Virus record (IMG/VR): IMGVR_UViG_3300027770_001980
Location: 124,001 to 188,000 of that record
Direction: 5' to 3' (one strand)
Length of the DNA stretch: 64,000 nucleotides
Positions 27,063 through 36,906 of the stretch are shown piece by piece. The translations under genes and the position numbers were made by a program. The stretch's first letter is position 1. Each line of letters opens with the position of its first letter. The notes beneath the pieces were generated by a model. The model did no database searches. It was not told the origin of the DNA and saw only the letters and a program-made list of their open reading frames with translations.

Positions 27063-27968
27063 ATGGGACGTCCAATTAAAAAGAAATTTTTCGGTAATAC
27101 AATTACCCCATATCAAGATCACGCCACTGGTGGAAAAACAGGTGTAGGCGGGGAAGGTGTAGCATCAATTGCTGGCAGCGGCAGCGGTGGTTCGCTATAT
27201 TCTCAAGGTTCTGTTGTATCTGTTGCAGCCCCGGGTCTTACAGGTGGTATCCAGGCAACCGTTACTCAATCAATTACTGCTCCGGGCGGCGTTATTACTA
27301 TATCGGTAAACAATCCAGGATCTGGCTATTTGACTGCGCCGGCAATCTCTGTTGCTAAAGCAGCAACAGTTACTAAAGCAACAACAACAGGCACAAGTGC
27401 TACTAACACAATTTATGTAATTAATACAACAGGTTTGTATGTTGGCATGCAGGCTGCTGGTACTAATCTTAGTGGAACTGCAACAAATTATGTTACGTCT
27501 ATCGTGGGATTAGCAATTGGTCTAACCTGGCCTAATACTGGCACCGTATCTACTACTGTAACTTTCAGTGATGAAGGTACAAGTTTCAGTAGAACAGCAG
27601 TGTTAACAAGCACACGTCAAGATTCAATTAGATTTGCGTCAACACTCACTGGCGGAAGTGTACGCACTACTGGTGATATTCTTAAACAAGAAGGTAGTCA
27701 TCGTTATCTGATTCAGAACACCGACGGTAAAGGTATTTGCAAATTAGTAGCTAAAGAAAATGCTGATTTATTGGCAGGTGAAATGAATATCATCGCAACT
27801 GACTATAATGGCAATACATATTTTGTAACAAAACTAACTGCAAGAAAAGCACGTTTGGTACATCTTGTTAATAACGAAGCCGATTGGTTAGTAGCCGATG
27901 GTGGAGTAGCTGGATGGACTATTGGTGCAGCAACTGCTACAAAAGTTAGTATTGCACACTCAAACTAA
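27063..27968 (+). CDS. Virion structural protein, Thr/Gly-rich (possible head decoration)
   Basis: Own late promoter, strong SD and terminator suggest high expression; MGRPIKKKFFG start. Confidence 0.55.
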   Translation: MGRPIKKKFFGNTITPYQDHATGGKTGVGGEGVASIAGSGSGGSLYSQGSVVSVAAPGLTGGIQATVTQSITAPGGVITISVNNPGSGYLTAPAISVAKAATVTKATTTGTSATNTIYVINTTGLYVGMQAAGTNLSGTATNYVTSIVGLAIGLTWPNTGTVSTTVTFSDEGTSFSRTAVLTSTRQDSIRFASTLTGGSVRTTGDILKQEGSHRYLIQNTDGKGICKLVAKENADLLAGEMNIIATDYNGNTYFVTKLTARKARLVHLVNNEADWLVADGGVAGWTIGAATATKVSIAHSN

Positions 27969-27987
27969 TCTATCATTGGATTACATT

Positions 27988-28010
27988 AAAGGGCTCTCCG
28001 GAGCCCTTTT
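27988..28010 (+). terminator. Rho-independent terminator
   Basis: AAAGGGCTC-TCCG-GAGCCCTTT-T. Confidence 0.85.
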
Positions 28011-28049
28011 CCATTTACAGCGTAGTATATGCTGTAAGGTAAATACGGT

Positions 28050-28574
28050 ATGAATTCCAATTGGGCCCTACCTACATCTATAAGTCAATATGCTGAACCC
28101 GGTGCTGAAGATCATCATGTATCATGGATAGATGATAATGACTTTGAAGGACTGAAACAAGTTAATGATGGATCTGTAAAAATTTCAAGAGATCTTTTAC
28201 ATATTGCAAAACAACCAAATCATGATTTGGTAGAGAAAACATATTTCTTAAAATTAACAGGATTTAATTTTAATAATTTACCAGATGTTGTATCTGGAAT
28301 TGAAATGAGATTAACAATGAAGAGATATGGTAGAATAAGCGATGAAACTGTACAATTATATTTAGATAATGATGCCATTGGTGACAATCGAGCATCAATA
28401 AGTTTGGATCCAGTTAACTTATATGGTAGTGAAGATGACAATTGGAACACAAATTTATCTATCTCAGATGTTCAAAATCCAACATTTGGATTATTAGTTA
28501 GATTTAGAAGTCATCCAAAGTGGCCACATAAATCCAGTGCATTAATAGATGCAGTTGAGATAAGAATACATTAA
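28050..28574 (+). CDS. Hypothetical virion protein (174 aa)
   Basis: TAAATA-N4-ATG; beta-rich composition; in the structural cluster. Confidence 0.5.
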   Translation: MNSNWALPTSISQYAEPGAEDHHVSWIDDNDFEGLKQVNDGSVKISRDLLHIAKQPNHDLVEKTYFLKLTGFNFNNLPDVVSGIEMRLTMKRYGRISDETVQLYLDNDAIGDNRASISLDPVNLYGSEDDNWNTNLSISDVQNPTFGLLVRFRSHPKWPHKSSALIDAVEIRIH

Positions 28575-28601
28575 CAAATAAATATATCTGAGGATCAGAG
28601 A

Positions 28602-31600
28602 ATGACAACTAACGTATTAAATTTACCAGGCGATTATAAGATTGTAGTGAACGGAACCAACGGGCTCGTTACCGTCGCGGGTGATACGCAATTAGGAGCA
28701 AATCCATCAAATACAATTGATGCTATAGCAGAATTTGTAAGTGATCTGATTCCACAAACTTCTTCAACATATAACTTTGGTACATCTGAACAATCTTGGA
28801 ATACTATATATATTGAAAAAGGAAGATTTCTTGACGGAACCAATGTTGAAAACAGACTCAATCGCCCATATGATCCTTTAGATATTTACGATGTTCCAGA
28901 ACACAGAAATACCGCTTCGGTATATATATCAGGTGGATTGGGTGTTGAAAAAGATATCAATGTTGGCGGCTTTATATATGGTAGAATTGAAACCGCTAAT
29001 ACTGCATTATCTATTCTTACCACTGTTACCAATGCAGATTTTGATTATTTTCCTACATTAGTTTTTAGTACATCGGATCAACAGATAGTTTTTGTTGACA
29101 ATGACGGAGTCACTGGTGGATTAAGATACAATCCATACTACGGCAAATTAAAAACTGATAGAGTATTTGTAGCAGAAACAGATTTATCAACCAGTACTGA
29201 TACAGGATCATTGGTAGTTGCAGGCGGTGTTGGTATTGCCGGAACTATGACTATCGGTGGAGATGTATTACCATCCGCAGATTTAACAGGTAAAATTGGT
29301 CACACATCTACACAATGGGCAGAAGCATATGTTCACGATATATATACCAGAGTATTAGCATCTACCACAGGTTCAATTGAAGTTAAGCCATACGACGGTA
29401 TGACTGATGTATTTGGTGATATTAGAGTTCGAGGTACTAATCCAATAGGAACTGCTCCTGTCGTAACTAACGTTTTATATGTTACAGTAGATGGCAATGA
29501 TACAAACGATGGCCGCGCTCAGGATGCAAGTAGAGCATGTCGCACTATTGGTGCAGCATTAAACAGTCCATACTATCAGCCAGGAACACAGATACTTGTT
29601 AGCGCAGGCCACTATTATGAAGACAATCCTCTAAGATTAAAACCTTATACAAGTGTCAGGGGTAGTGACATCCGTACTACATTTATTGAACCTATCAATA
29701 AAACACAAGATTTATTCCACCTTGAAAGTGGATGCTATCTTAACTATATGACTTTCTTAAATGGAAGAAGCGGACTACTCCAGGGTCAGTATGCGCTTGG
29801 ATATAATAGGGGTGCTTATGCTACTGCATTTCCACCACAGACTGGCGATAATCGTATAGACTTATTCCATTCTCCATACGTACAAAACTGTACCAATCAA
29901 AGCGGCCCTTGGTTAAAAGATGGTACAATGTTTGTACCTAACCAAACTGTTCAAGTACCAAAAGCGATTGGTACTGGTACCTGGATAGCTAACACAACTA
30001 CTATTGAAGTAACAGTGCAAGGCACTATTACTCAAGGTATGTCTATTAATGCAGGACAACAGAATGTTGGATTTTTTAGTGCCCGCACATTGTTATTAGC
30101 CAACAAACCATTCTTACAAGAGCAAACGGTGTTGTATGTTAATGATACATATCCCGGGTTTGATTATAATCGAGAAAAATGCCGCCGAGATGTTGGTATA
30201 TTGGTTGAAAATATTGCATACGATGCAGCATTTGGTGGAAACGAAAAATCAGTTGAAAGTGGACTATCATATTGGCAAGGTGTTGTTAGCGTAATTGCAG
30301 GACAAGAAGTACAAACAAATGCTGCAATTGAATTCTTACGTGATAGAATGTTAGAGGTAATAACTAATACTCCATGCTCTATAGTATACGCAGGTGTGGA
30401 ATCTCAAGTTATTAATATAGTATTGACTGGCGGAGATATTTCAACTGACTCTATTACAAATTTAGTATCTACTATTACCAATATTATTACAAATGGTCCT
30501 GATGTTGCTCCAACAGTTTATAAGAGCACCGGCCCTGATGCTGCTTTTGTTAGTGCAGAAATATTAATGCAGGCCAACAGAAAGTTTATTCAAGAAGATA
30601 CTATCAATTACATCAACAGTATTATATACGATACCGGTACTGGCGGTTTTCCATATAGTGAGATTAAATGCCGAAGAGATACTGGACTAATTGTTGATTC
30701 TATTATCTATGATTTATTGTATGATGGAACTACACAAAGTAATTTTGCCGGAATTCAATATTGGAATCAAAGCGGCTGGACAGGTGCGATTGAAAGCGAG
30801 CTATCACCTACTATAAGTTCTATTAGATATTTAAAAGACTTGTCAGTTAAAATTATAAAAAATATCACAAGCTCAGATGATTTGATTGGGAGATTTGGTG
30901 TTGCAGATCAACCTATATCATTAGAATCTGCTACTACTGCTGAAGCTGATGTTATAAGTCCATTGTTTACTACAATGATCAATATTATCAATGGAACTAA
31001 TAAGTTCTGGACAGATAGTATTATTCCAAACGGATCTCCAAGTGACCTCCTTGGTGTTCAAAATGCTGTAGCATTATTGCAGGAAAATAAAACCTACATA
31101 GCCAACGAAATAAGTGCATATATACAAGCACCTACTTCTGAAACACACGGTGCATTTACTGGACTTAATTTTTCAGCATATGATGATGGTAAATGCAGAC
31201 GAGATGTAGGATATATTATTGATTGTATATCATTTGACTTATTAAATGGTGGCAATCGTCAAAGTATACAAGCCGCAGTATATTATCTTGGATTTGCAGA
31301 AGGCAATGGATCAAGTATAGCAGGACAGATTGTACAAACAACCGGAGCGTTTAATTATCTATCTACGATTGCCCAAGAAATTATACAAAATGTTCCTATA
31401 GCTACGTTAAGGCAAAATAAAGTAAAACAGAATTTATCTCTTGATGTACCTGCTTCTGCTCCAACAACCGCTTTAAATTCAAAAGTAGTTAAACTCAATA
31501 GCATTATTGATCCTGATTTTTACGGAGCAGGTGATGGTGGATTAGACTACACCGATGCTCCTGCACCGATATCATTGACAATAACTACAGATGATGATAT

Positions 31601-34139
31601 TCTCAAAGCATGTGAAATTTTAAAAGCCAATAGGCAATTTATTGTAGAAGAAGTAATTGCTTATATTGATCAAACTTACAATCTTGGTAGATTCAATTAC
31701 GACGAAACTTTATGCTATAGAGATACTGGACTAATTGTAGATGCGGTTAGCCAAGATATACTGTTGGGTGGTAATTCTAAATCAGTTGAAGCCGGTCTTG
31801 CTTATTGGAACTTTGGTTATAATCAAGTTGCCGGGCAAGAAACTACAACCACGATGGCTATTAATTATGCAAGAGATATAGCTTTGCAAATTATTGCTAA
31901 CGAACCCGTTACTCCACAGTCACAAACTACCACACCTCAAGTTATTAACACATTCTTCCAATACGGTGGTGATTATATGCCACAGGAAGCAGTAACACGC
32001 AACTTTGGAATTATTACCGATATAATTGAAAGAGGACCGCTATATGCTCCTCCAGTATATTCAGGTGGAGGACTTTTTTCATTAACTGGATTAAATGGGT
32101 CAGATGTAAAAATTTCTCCAACAGTAACTTCTGTTCAAAATTTAGGATCTGGCAAATATCAAATTGGGTTAAGTGGTCCAACTATCGGGTTTGGCACTAA
32201 TGCTACATTATACTTTGGAGACACATTGATATATCCATTAAAGGATTCTGAGATTGAAGCATTAAGTTTAGAATATACAGGAGATTCAACCACATGGAAT
32301 CAACGTAAGGTTGATCCAATTGGTAGTATGGGTGGAAGTTTAGTTGATGGCGGAGTTATATCCGTTCGTAGCCCTATTCAATCTTTTGTTTATGATGCAT
32401 TTACGCAAGTTAACCAAGGCGGTAGGGGAGTACATATCACCAATGACGGATATGCACAGTTAGTTTCTGTCTTTACAATTTTCTGCTCAATAGGTGTACA
32501 AACAGATAACGGTGGCATCGCAAGTATCGTTAACAGTAATGCTAACTTTGGAGATATTTGTTTATTGTCAAAGGGTTACGGAAAGCGTCAGCATAGTGGA
32601 ACAATTTACAATCCAGCATTTAAAGCATATCCAGAAAGTCCAGGACCAGACGGATTTGATCAATATTATCCAAATGGTTTCTGGCCAAATAATGGACGTT
32701 TAGAAGTATTTATGCCAGATATCGACGATAGACCTCACATTTCTTTAGTGATGGAAGTTGTTCCACCTGAAGGTCACGAAAACGAACAAGCGTTTCCTGG
32801 ATTTTTAAATGCAAGTCCTAATACAGGAACATTGATAGCCGGCACCATTACATTGACCGGAATAGATACTACTGGTATTTCTGTAGGTAATAGTGTATAT
32901 GCAAGAGATCAATTTGGGTTTGAATACGATCATTTTGAATATCTCTATAATCAATATGGCGAATATGTTGACATTAACGGAAATGTGACCACAGATTCAG
33001 GACAATGGATTTCAAATCCAAACTATGGAATTAGATATATTGCCACTGATACTGTAGTTACAGATATTGGATATCAAAGTGTAACATTAAATTTTGCCGT
33101 AACAGGTAATGGAAGCGATCCTGGAAATAACGCAGATAGTTATAACAATAATTACTTTGATCTATACTTCTGCGGAAATGCTTATTACACAGTATTAAGT
33201 AGCGAAATAGCAAAAACACCCAATGATACTCCGGTTGGGTTTAATATATTGAGTACCCTTACTAATGTTACCTTTGATCAAGTTCCTAACCACATAAGTG
33301 CATTAGGACAACTAAACAATTTAGTAGATGATGTTATTTCAAACACACCGATATCACCCAATCCTTATAATATAACTTCTGTACAAACGATAAACAATCA
33401 AATTGCTCATGGCGGAGGTGCTGCGTCATTTATTGATCTAAGATTTGATGAAATTATTGGTATAGTAGATGCTGATAATTTAGCTGCTGCTGAAGCATTT
33501 AGACCACTTTCAACCAGAACAAAAACCGGACCGGCCGTGCAAGGTGCAGGAGATGCTATTGCGTTAATCAAACTTAATCTTGATTTCTTAGCCGACGAGA
33601 TTGTTGCCTATACATATTATAATCTTGCATCTCCACCATACGATGACAGTAAGTGTCGTCGAGATGTTAAATTAATTTTACAAAGATTGATTTACGATAT
33701 TGAAACCGGGGGTAGATATAATTCTGTCATGTCAGGATTAAGCTATTGGTCAAGAAGCGGAACTCATCACATTGTTCAATTAGGAGAAAATGTAACCAGA
33801 ACGGATTTATTTCCAGACGGTGCAGATGTTAATTTCTATCAGAGAAGTTATATTAGTGCCAGTGGATATGTATTTGAATATGTAGGAGCCGGTACCAATT
33901 ACGGAGCATTGCCGCAACGTGGTGTTGCAGATCCAGTACAAGGTAAAGAAGTTGTACAATTAGATTCAGGAAAGGTATTTTTTACATCAACCGATCAAAA
34001 TGGAGATTTCCGTATTGGTCCAGGATTGGTGATTAGTCAAGCAACAGGTGTTCTAAGTGGTAGAACATTTACCAAGTCGCTATTTGCAAATATGACACCA
34101 TTCATATTAGCAATCGAAGGCGGCACTGGATTAGGATAA
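28602..34139 (+). CDS. Very large virion structural/fibre-base protein (1845 aa) with five CxRD repeats
   Basis: GSLVVAGGVGI fibre motif; LYVTVDGNDTNDG beta-helix-cap motif; repeats KCRRDVG/KCRRDTG/LCYRDTG at ~30177, 30666, 31191, 31710, 33651. Confidence 0.65.
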   Translation: MTTNVLNLPGDYKIVVNGTNGLVTVAGDTQLGANPSNTIDAIAEFVSDLIPQTSSTYNFGTSEQSWNTIYIEKGRFLDGTNVENRLNRPYDPLDIYDVPEHRNTASVYISGGLGVEKDINVGGFIYGRIETANTALSILTTVTNADFDYFPTLVFSTSDQQIVFVDNDGVTGGLRYNPYYGKLKTDRVFVAETDLSTSTDTGSLVVAGGVGIAGTMTIGGDVLPSADLTGKIGHTSTQWAEAYVHDIYTRVLASTTGSIEVKPYDGMTDVFGDIRVRGTNPIGTAPVVTNVLYVTVDGNDTNDGRAQDASRACRTIGAALNSPYYQPGTQILVSAGHYYEDNPLRLKPYTSVRGSDIRTTFIEPINKTQDLFHLESGCYLNYMTFLNGRSGLLQGQYALGYNRGAYATAFPPQTGDNRIDLFHSPYVQNCTNQSGPWLKDGTMFVPNQTVQVPKAIGTGTWIANTTTIEVTVQGTITQGMSINAGQQNVGFFSARTLLLANKPFLQEQTVLYVNDTYPGFDYNREKCRRDVGILVENIAYDAAFGGNEKSVESGLSYWQGVVSVIAGQEVQTNAAIEFLRDRMLEVITNTPCSIVYAGVESQVINIVLTGGDISTDSITNLVSTITNIITNGPDVAPTVYKSTGPDAAFVSAEILMQANRKFIQEDTINYINSIIYDTGTGGFPYSEIKCRRDTGLIVDSIIYDLLYDGTTQSNFAGIQYWNQSGWTGAIESELSPTISSIRYLKDLSVKIIKNITSSDDLIGRFGVADQPISLESATTAEADVISPLFTTMINIINGTNKFWTDSIIPNGSPSDLLGVQNAVALLQENKTYIANEISAYIQAPTSETHGAFTGLNFSAYDDGKCRRDVGYIIDCISFDLLNGGNRQSIQAAVYYLGFAEGNGSSIAGQIVQTTGAFNYLSTIAQEIIQNVPIATLRQNKVKQNLSLDVPASAPTTALNSKVVKLNSIIDPDFYGAGDGGLDYTDAPAPISLTITTDDDILKACEILKANRQFIVEEVIAYIDQTYNLGRFNYDETLCYRDTGLIVDAVSQDILLGGNSKSVEAGLAYWNFGYNQVAGQETTTTMAINYARDIALQIIANEPVTPQSQTTTPQVINTFFQYGGDYMPQEAVTRNFGIITDIIERGPLYAPPVYSGGGLFSLTGLNGSDVKISPTVTSVQNLGSGKYQIGLSGPTIGFGTNATLYFGDTLIYPLKDSEIEALSLEYTGDSTTWNQRKVDPIGSMGGSLVDGGVISVRSPIQSFVYDAFTQVNQGGRGVHITNDGYAQLVSVFTIFCSIGVQTDNGGIASIVNSNANFGDICLLSKGYGKRQHSGTIYNPAFKAYPESPGPDGFDQYYPNGFWPNNGRLEVFMPDIDDRPHISLVMEVVPPEGHENEQAFPGFLNASPNTGTLIAGTITLTGIDTTGISVGNSVYARDQFGFEYDHFEYLYNQYGEYVDINGNVTTDSGQWISNPNYGIRYIATDTVVTDIGYQSVTLNFAVTGNGSDPGNNADSYNNNYFDLYFCGNAYYTVLSSEIAKTPNDTPVGFNILSTLTNVTFDQVPNHISALGQLNNLVDDVISNTPISPNPYNITSVQTINNQIAHGGGAASFIDLRFDEIIGIVDADNLAAAEAFRPLSTRTKTGPAVQGAGDAIALIKLNLDFLADEIVAYTYYNLASPPYDDSKCRRDVKLILQRLIYDIETGGRYNSVMSGLSYWSRSGTHHIVQLGENVTRTDLFPDGADVNFYQRSYISASGYVFEYVGAGTNYGALPQRGVADPVQGKEVVQLDSGKVFFTSTDQNGDFRIGPGLVISQATGVLSGRTFTKSLFANMTPFILAIEGGTGLG

Positions 34140-34151
34140 AAAGGATAAATC

Positions 34152-34571
34152 ATGGCGTTAATTCCATTAAATCAATTTAAAACAAAAACACAAAAGTTAG
34201 TACCTATCACATCATATGTTGAAAAGTCAACTGGAAACAATACTGCAACTGTATATACAGCACCAATTGGTGTAACCTCCATTGTTCTAATGGCCCAGGT
34301 AGCAAATCTTACGACACAAACACAGCTATGTAGTTTTGTTCATCATAGACAACGACCTATCTTGTCTGATGCCCAGGGTAACGGCGCCCAGGAACCCAAC
34401 ATTGATAGTTATCTTGTCAAAGATTTTGCTATACCTGCGGGTGATTCTGCATCGGTGCTAACTGGAAAATTAATTATTGAAACATTAGATAGTATACGTG
34501 CATATTCTCATAGTGATAGCACCTCTACATTACAACTTGTGTTGAGCATACTTGAATCAGCAAATACCTAA
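34152..34571 (+). CDS. Small virion structural protein (139 aa)
   Basis: Intact ORF with SD in the fibre operon; VYTAPIGVTSIVLMAQVAN beta-sandwich-type motif. Confidence 0.55.
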   Translation: MALIPLNQFKTKTQKLVPITSYVEKSTGNNTATVYTAPIGVTSIVLMAQVANLTTQTQLCSFVHHRQRPILSDAQGNGAQEPNIDSYLVKDFAIPAGDSASVLTGKLIIETLDSIRAYSHSDSTSTLQLVLSILESANT

Positions 34572-34582
34572 GAGAATAAAAT

Positions 34583-35977
34583 ATGTCAAGTCTACTAAGC
34601 GGATCAAAATTACGATATGGCGGCAGCGGGGAATTTCTTCCTCTTGCAGGCGCCATGCCTCAACTTCCGGAAACTACCAGCACTACTGGGTTCACACTGA
34701 TCACAAATAATTTATTGCAAACCAGATATGCTTCCAGCCTTGGTAACATAGAGTTTACTCAGGCTCAGATGTATAGTAATTTAGAGGAAGGTACTATAAG
34801 AATATTGGCTACCGGAACTACATCAGTTTCGTTAAGTACAGAAACAGGCACACTGGTAGTTACCGGCGGGGTTGGTATTGGTAAAAATATGTGGGTTGCC
34901 GATGATATCCATGTAAACAATTTAACAATTGGACAGGGTATTCCTGATGGTAATAATATAGTTTTTGTTGGTAGTTATACTGAGTACGGTTTCGAAGGCG
35001 GTCAAAATAATATTTCTATTGGATATAATGCATTAACTGGAATATTAACAGCTCAAAAAAGTATAGCAATTGGAAATCGTGCATTAAGTAACGGCCCAGG
35101 AATCACTAACTCAATTGCGATCGGTGACGGATCATTAAACAGTTTAGGAATGGCGGCATTAACTGAAGTGGGATTTATTAATCTCGTAACTCAAAGTAGT
35201 CCGGTAAGAGTAGTCACTGATGCATCACACAATTTAAACTCCGGCGATCGCATACTAATTACTGATGTCATAGAAATGACTGAATTAAATAGTGGAACTT
35301 TTTATGTGCAATATGTAGATTCGATAACATTTGATCTTTATGAAGATTTAATATTAAATATTCCATTAGATGGAACAGGATATACAGAATTTATAACTCC
35401 TGGAGGAATTGTTAGCAAATATGTATTGAGCAATAATAATATTGCTATTGGAGTTGATGCGGGGAAAAATTTAGTAGACGGAAAGAAGAATTTTTTCTTT
35501 GGTGATCGAACAGCCGACGGTCTTGTAAGTGGCTCTTCAAATATTTTCCTTGGGTCTGATGTTGCAAGAAACTTAACTAACGGTAACGGAAATATTTCTA
35601 TCGGTGGAGACAATTTAATTGACGGAGTTGATAATCAAATTAATATCGGTAGTGTATTTTACTACGACGGAATTAATTATTTAGATATAAATTCCAACAC
35701 ACACTTAGGGCTTGGCGAAGAATCTACTTCAACATCTACCGGCGCACTAACAGTATCGGGCGGCATTAGTACAGAATACAGTATCTATAGCAGAGAAGGT
35801 AATCCCCAGGAAAATTATCTACTATACACTCCTCGGGTGTTTGTGTCTTCAACAAGTCCAATTGCACCCAGAATAGCCGATTTTTGGATATTTAATGACG
35901 GACTCGGAAGTTCATCATATCTTCAATATGTAAGAGATGGTACTGATACCTTCTGGTTACAAGTTGGTTTAATTTAA
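34583..35977 (+). CDS. Tail fibre-like protein with NxxxG/AIG beta-solenoid repeats
   Basis: GTLVVTGGVGIGK; NNISIGYNAL, SIAIGNRAL, NNIAIGVDAG repeats. Confidence 0.6.
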   Translation: MSSLLSGSKLRYGGSGEFLPLAGAMPQLPETTSTTGFTLITNNLLQTRYASSLGNIEFTQAQMYSNLEEGTIRILATGTTSVSLSTETGTLVVTGGVGIGKNMWVADDIHVNNLTIGQGIPDGNNIVFVGSYTEYGFEGGQNNISIGYNALTGILTAQKSIAIGNRALSNGPGITNSIAIGDGSLNSLGMAALTEVGFINLVTQSSPVRVVTDASHNLNSGDRILITDVIEMTELNSGTFYVQYVDSITFDLYEDLILNIPLDGTGYTEFITPGGIVSKYVLSNNNIAIGVDAGKNLVDGKKNFFFGDRTADGLVSGSSNIFLGSDVARNLTNGNGNISIGGDNLIDGVDNQINIGSVFYYDGINYLDINSNTHLGLGEESTSTSTGALTVSGGISTEYSIYSREGNPQENYLLYTPRVFVSSTSPIAPRIADFWIFNDGLGSSSYLQYVRDGTDTFWLQVGLI

Positions 35978-35992
35978 TTAAAAGAGAAATAT

Positions 35993-36892
35993 ATGGCAAT
36001 TTTAAATTTTCCAAAATTTCCAAATGATGGAGATCTATTTACTCCACCCGGAAGTACAAAAACATATGTTTGGCGAGCTGCGGCTAATGCATGGCTAATT
36101 TCTAACGCACAAAATACTGCTACAACGGTACAGGCATTTACAGTAGAAGTTACTTCGTCAACTAATTCAATATCAACAGAAACCGGTTCATTGATTGTTC
36201 GTGGTGGTGTTGGTATCGGCGGGGATGTACACGTCGGTGGTGTGATATATTCCGGCGGGGTGCCTGCTCTAACAACAGCAAGTTTTAATAATACAATCGG
36301 AGAAGGTAGTGATATTGATATCACCACGGTAACCGATCCTCTTTCTGGGCTTGACACTTTATATTTTTCCGATATATCAACATTGGCCAGTGTGACAGGA
36401 CGTGGTGCTACTACCCCTGAAATTGTACGCTTTACTAATTCAACTAACTCTACAGCAACTAATAATGGTGCTATTGTAGTCAGCGGTGGAGTTGGTATTG
36501 CAGGAAGGGTAAATACAGAAAGTATTAAAATTGCAGATACTGTATTTGACTCTACTAAGACAACAGTAGATACAGTTACAGAAAATGTGATTGATACTTA
36601 TTTGTTAAGTCAATATAGATCGTCAAAATATTTTATACAGATTGGTGAATCGTACGAGTTATATGGTACCGTTAATCCACGATTCCAATCGGTTGAAATA
36701 AACTTAACAGCGAAGAATGATGGAACACCATATCTAACACAGTATGGTCAGGTTACCACAGATGGAGAGTTAGGAACTTTTAGTGCAAGAGGAGATGTAA
36801 GTGGAAGTGATATTACAATATCGTTAACTTTTACGCCAATCGATACTGAACCTAAAATAATTAAGGTACTAAGGACGGCAATGGTCTCCTAA
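35993..36892 (+). CDS. Tail fibre-associated structural protein
   Basis: FPKFPNDGD...YVW N-terminus; two GxLxVxGGVGI repeats; C-terminal YRSSKYFIQI domain. Confidence 0.55.
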   Translation: MAILNFPKFPNDGDLFTPPGSTKTYVWRAAANAWLISNAQNTATTVQAFTVEVTSSTNSISTETGSLIVRGGVGIGGDVHVGGVIYSGGVPALTTASFNNTIGEGSDIDITTVTDPLSGLDTLYFSDISTLASVTGRGATTPEIVRFTNSTNSTATNNGAIVVSGGVGIAGRVNTESIKIADTVFDSTKTTVDTVTENVIDTYLLSQYRSSKYFIQIGESYELYGTVNPRFQSVEINLTAKNDGTPYLTQYGQVTTDGELGTFSARGDVSGSDITISLTFTPIDTEPKIIKVLRTAMVS

Positions 36893-36906
36893 TTAAAGGA
36901 ATAAAA

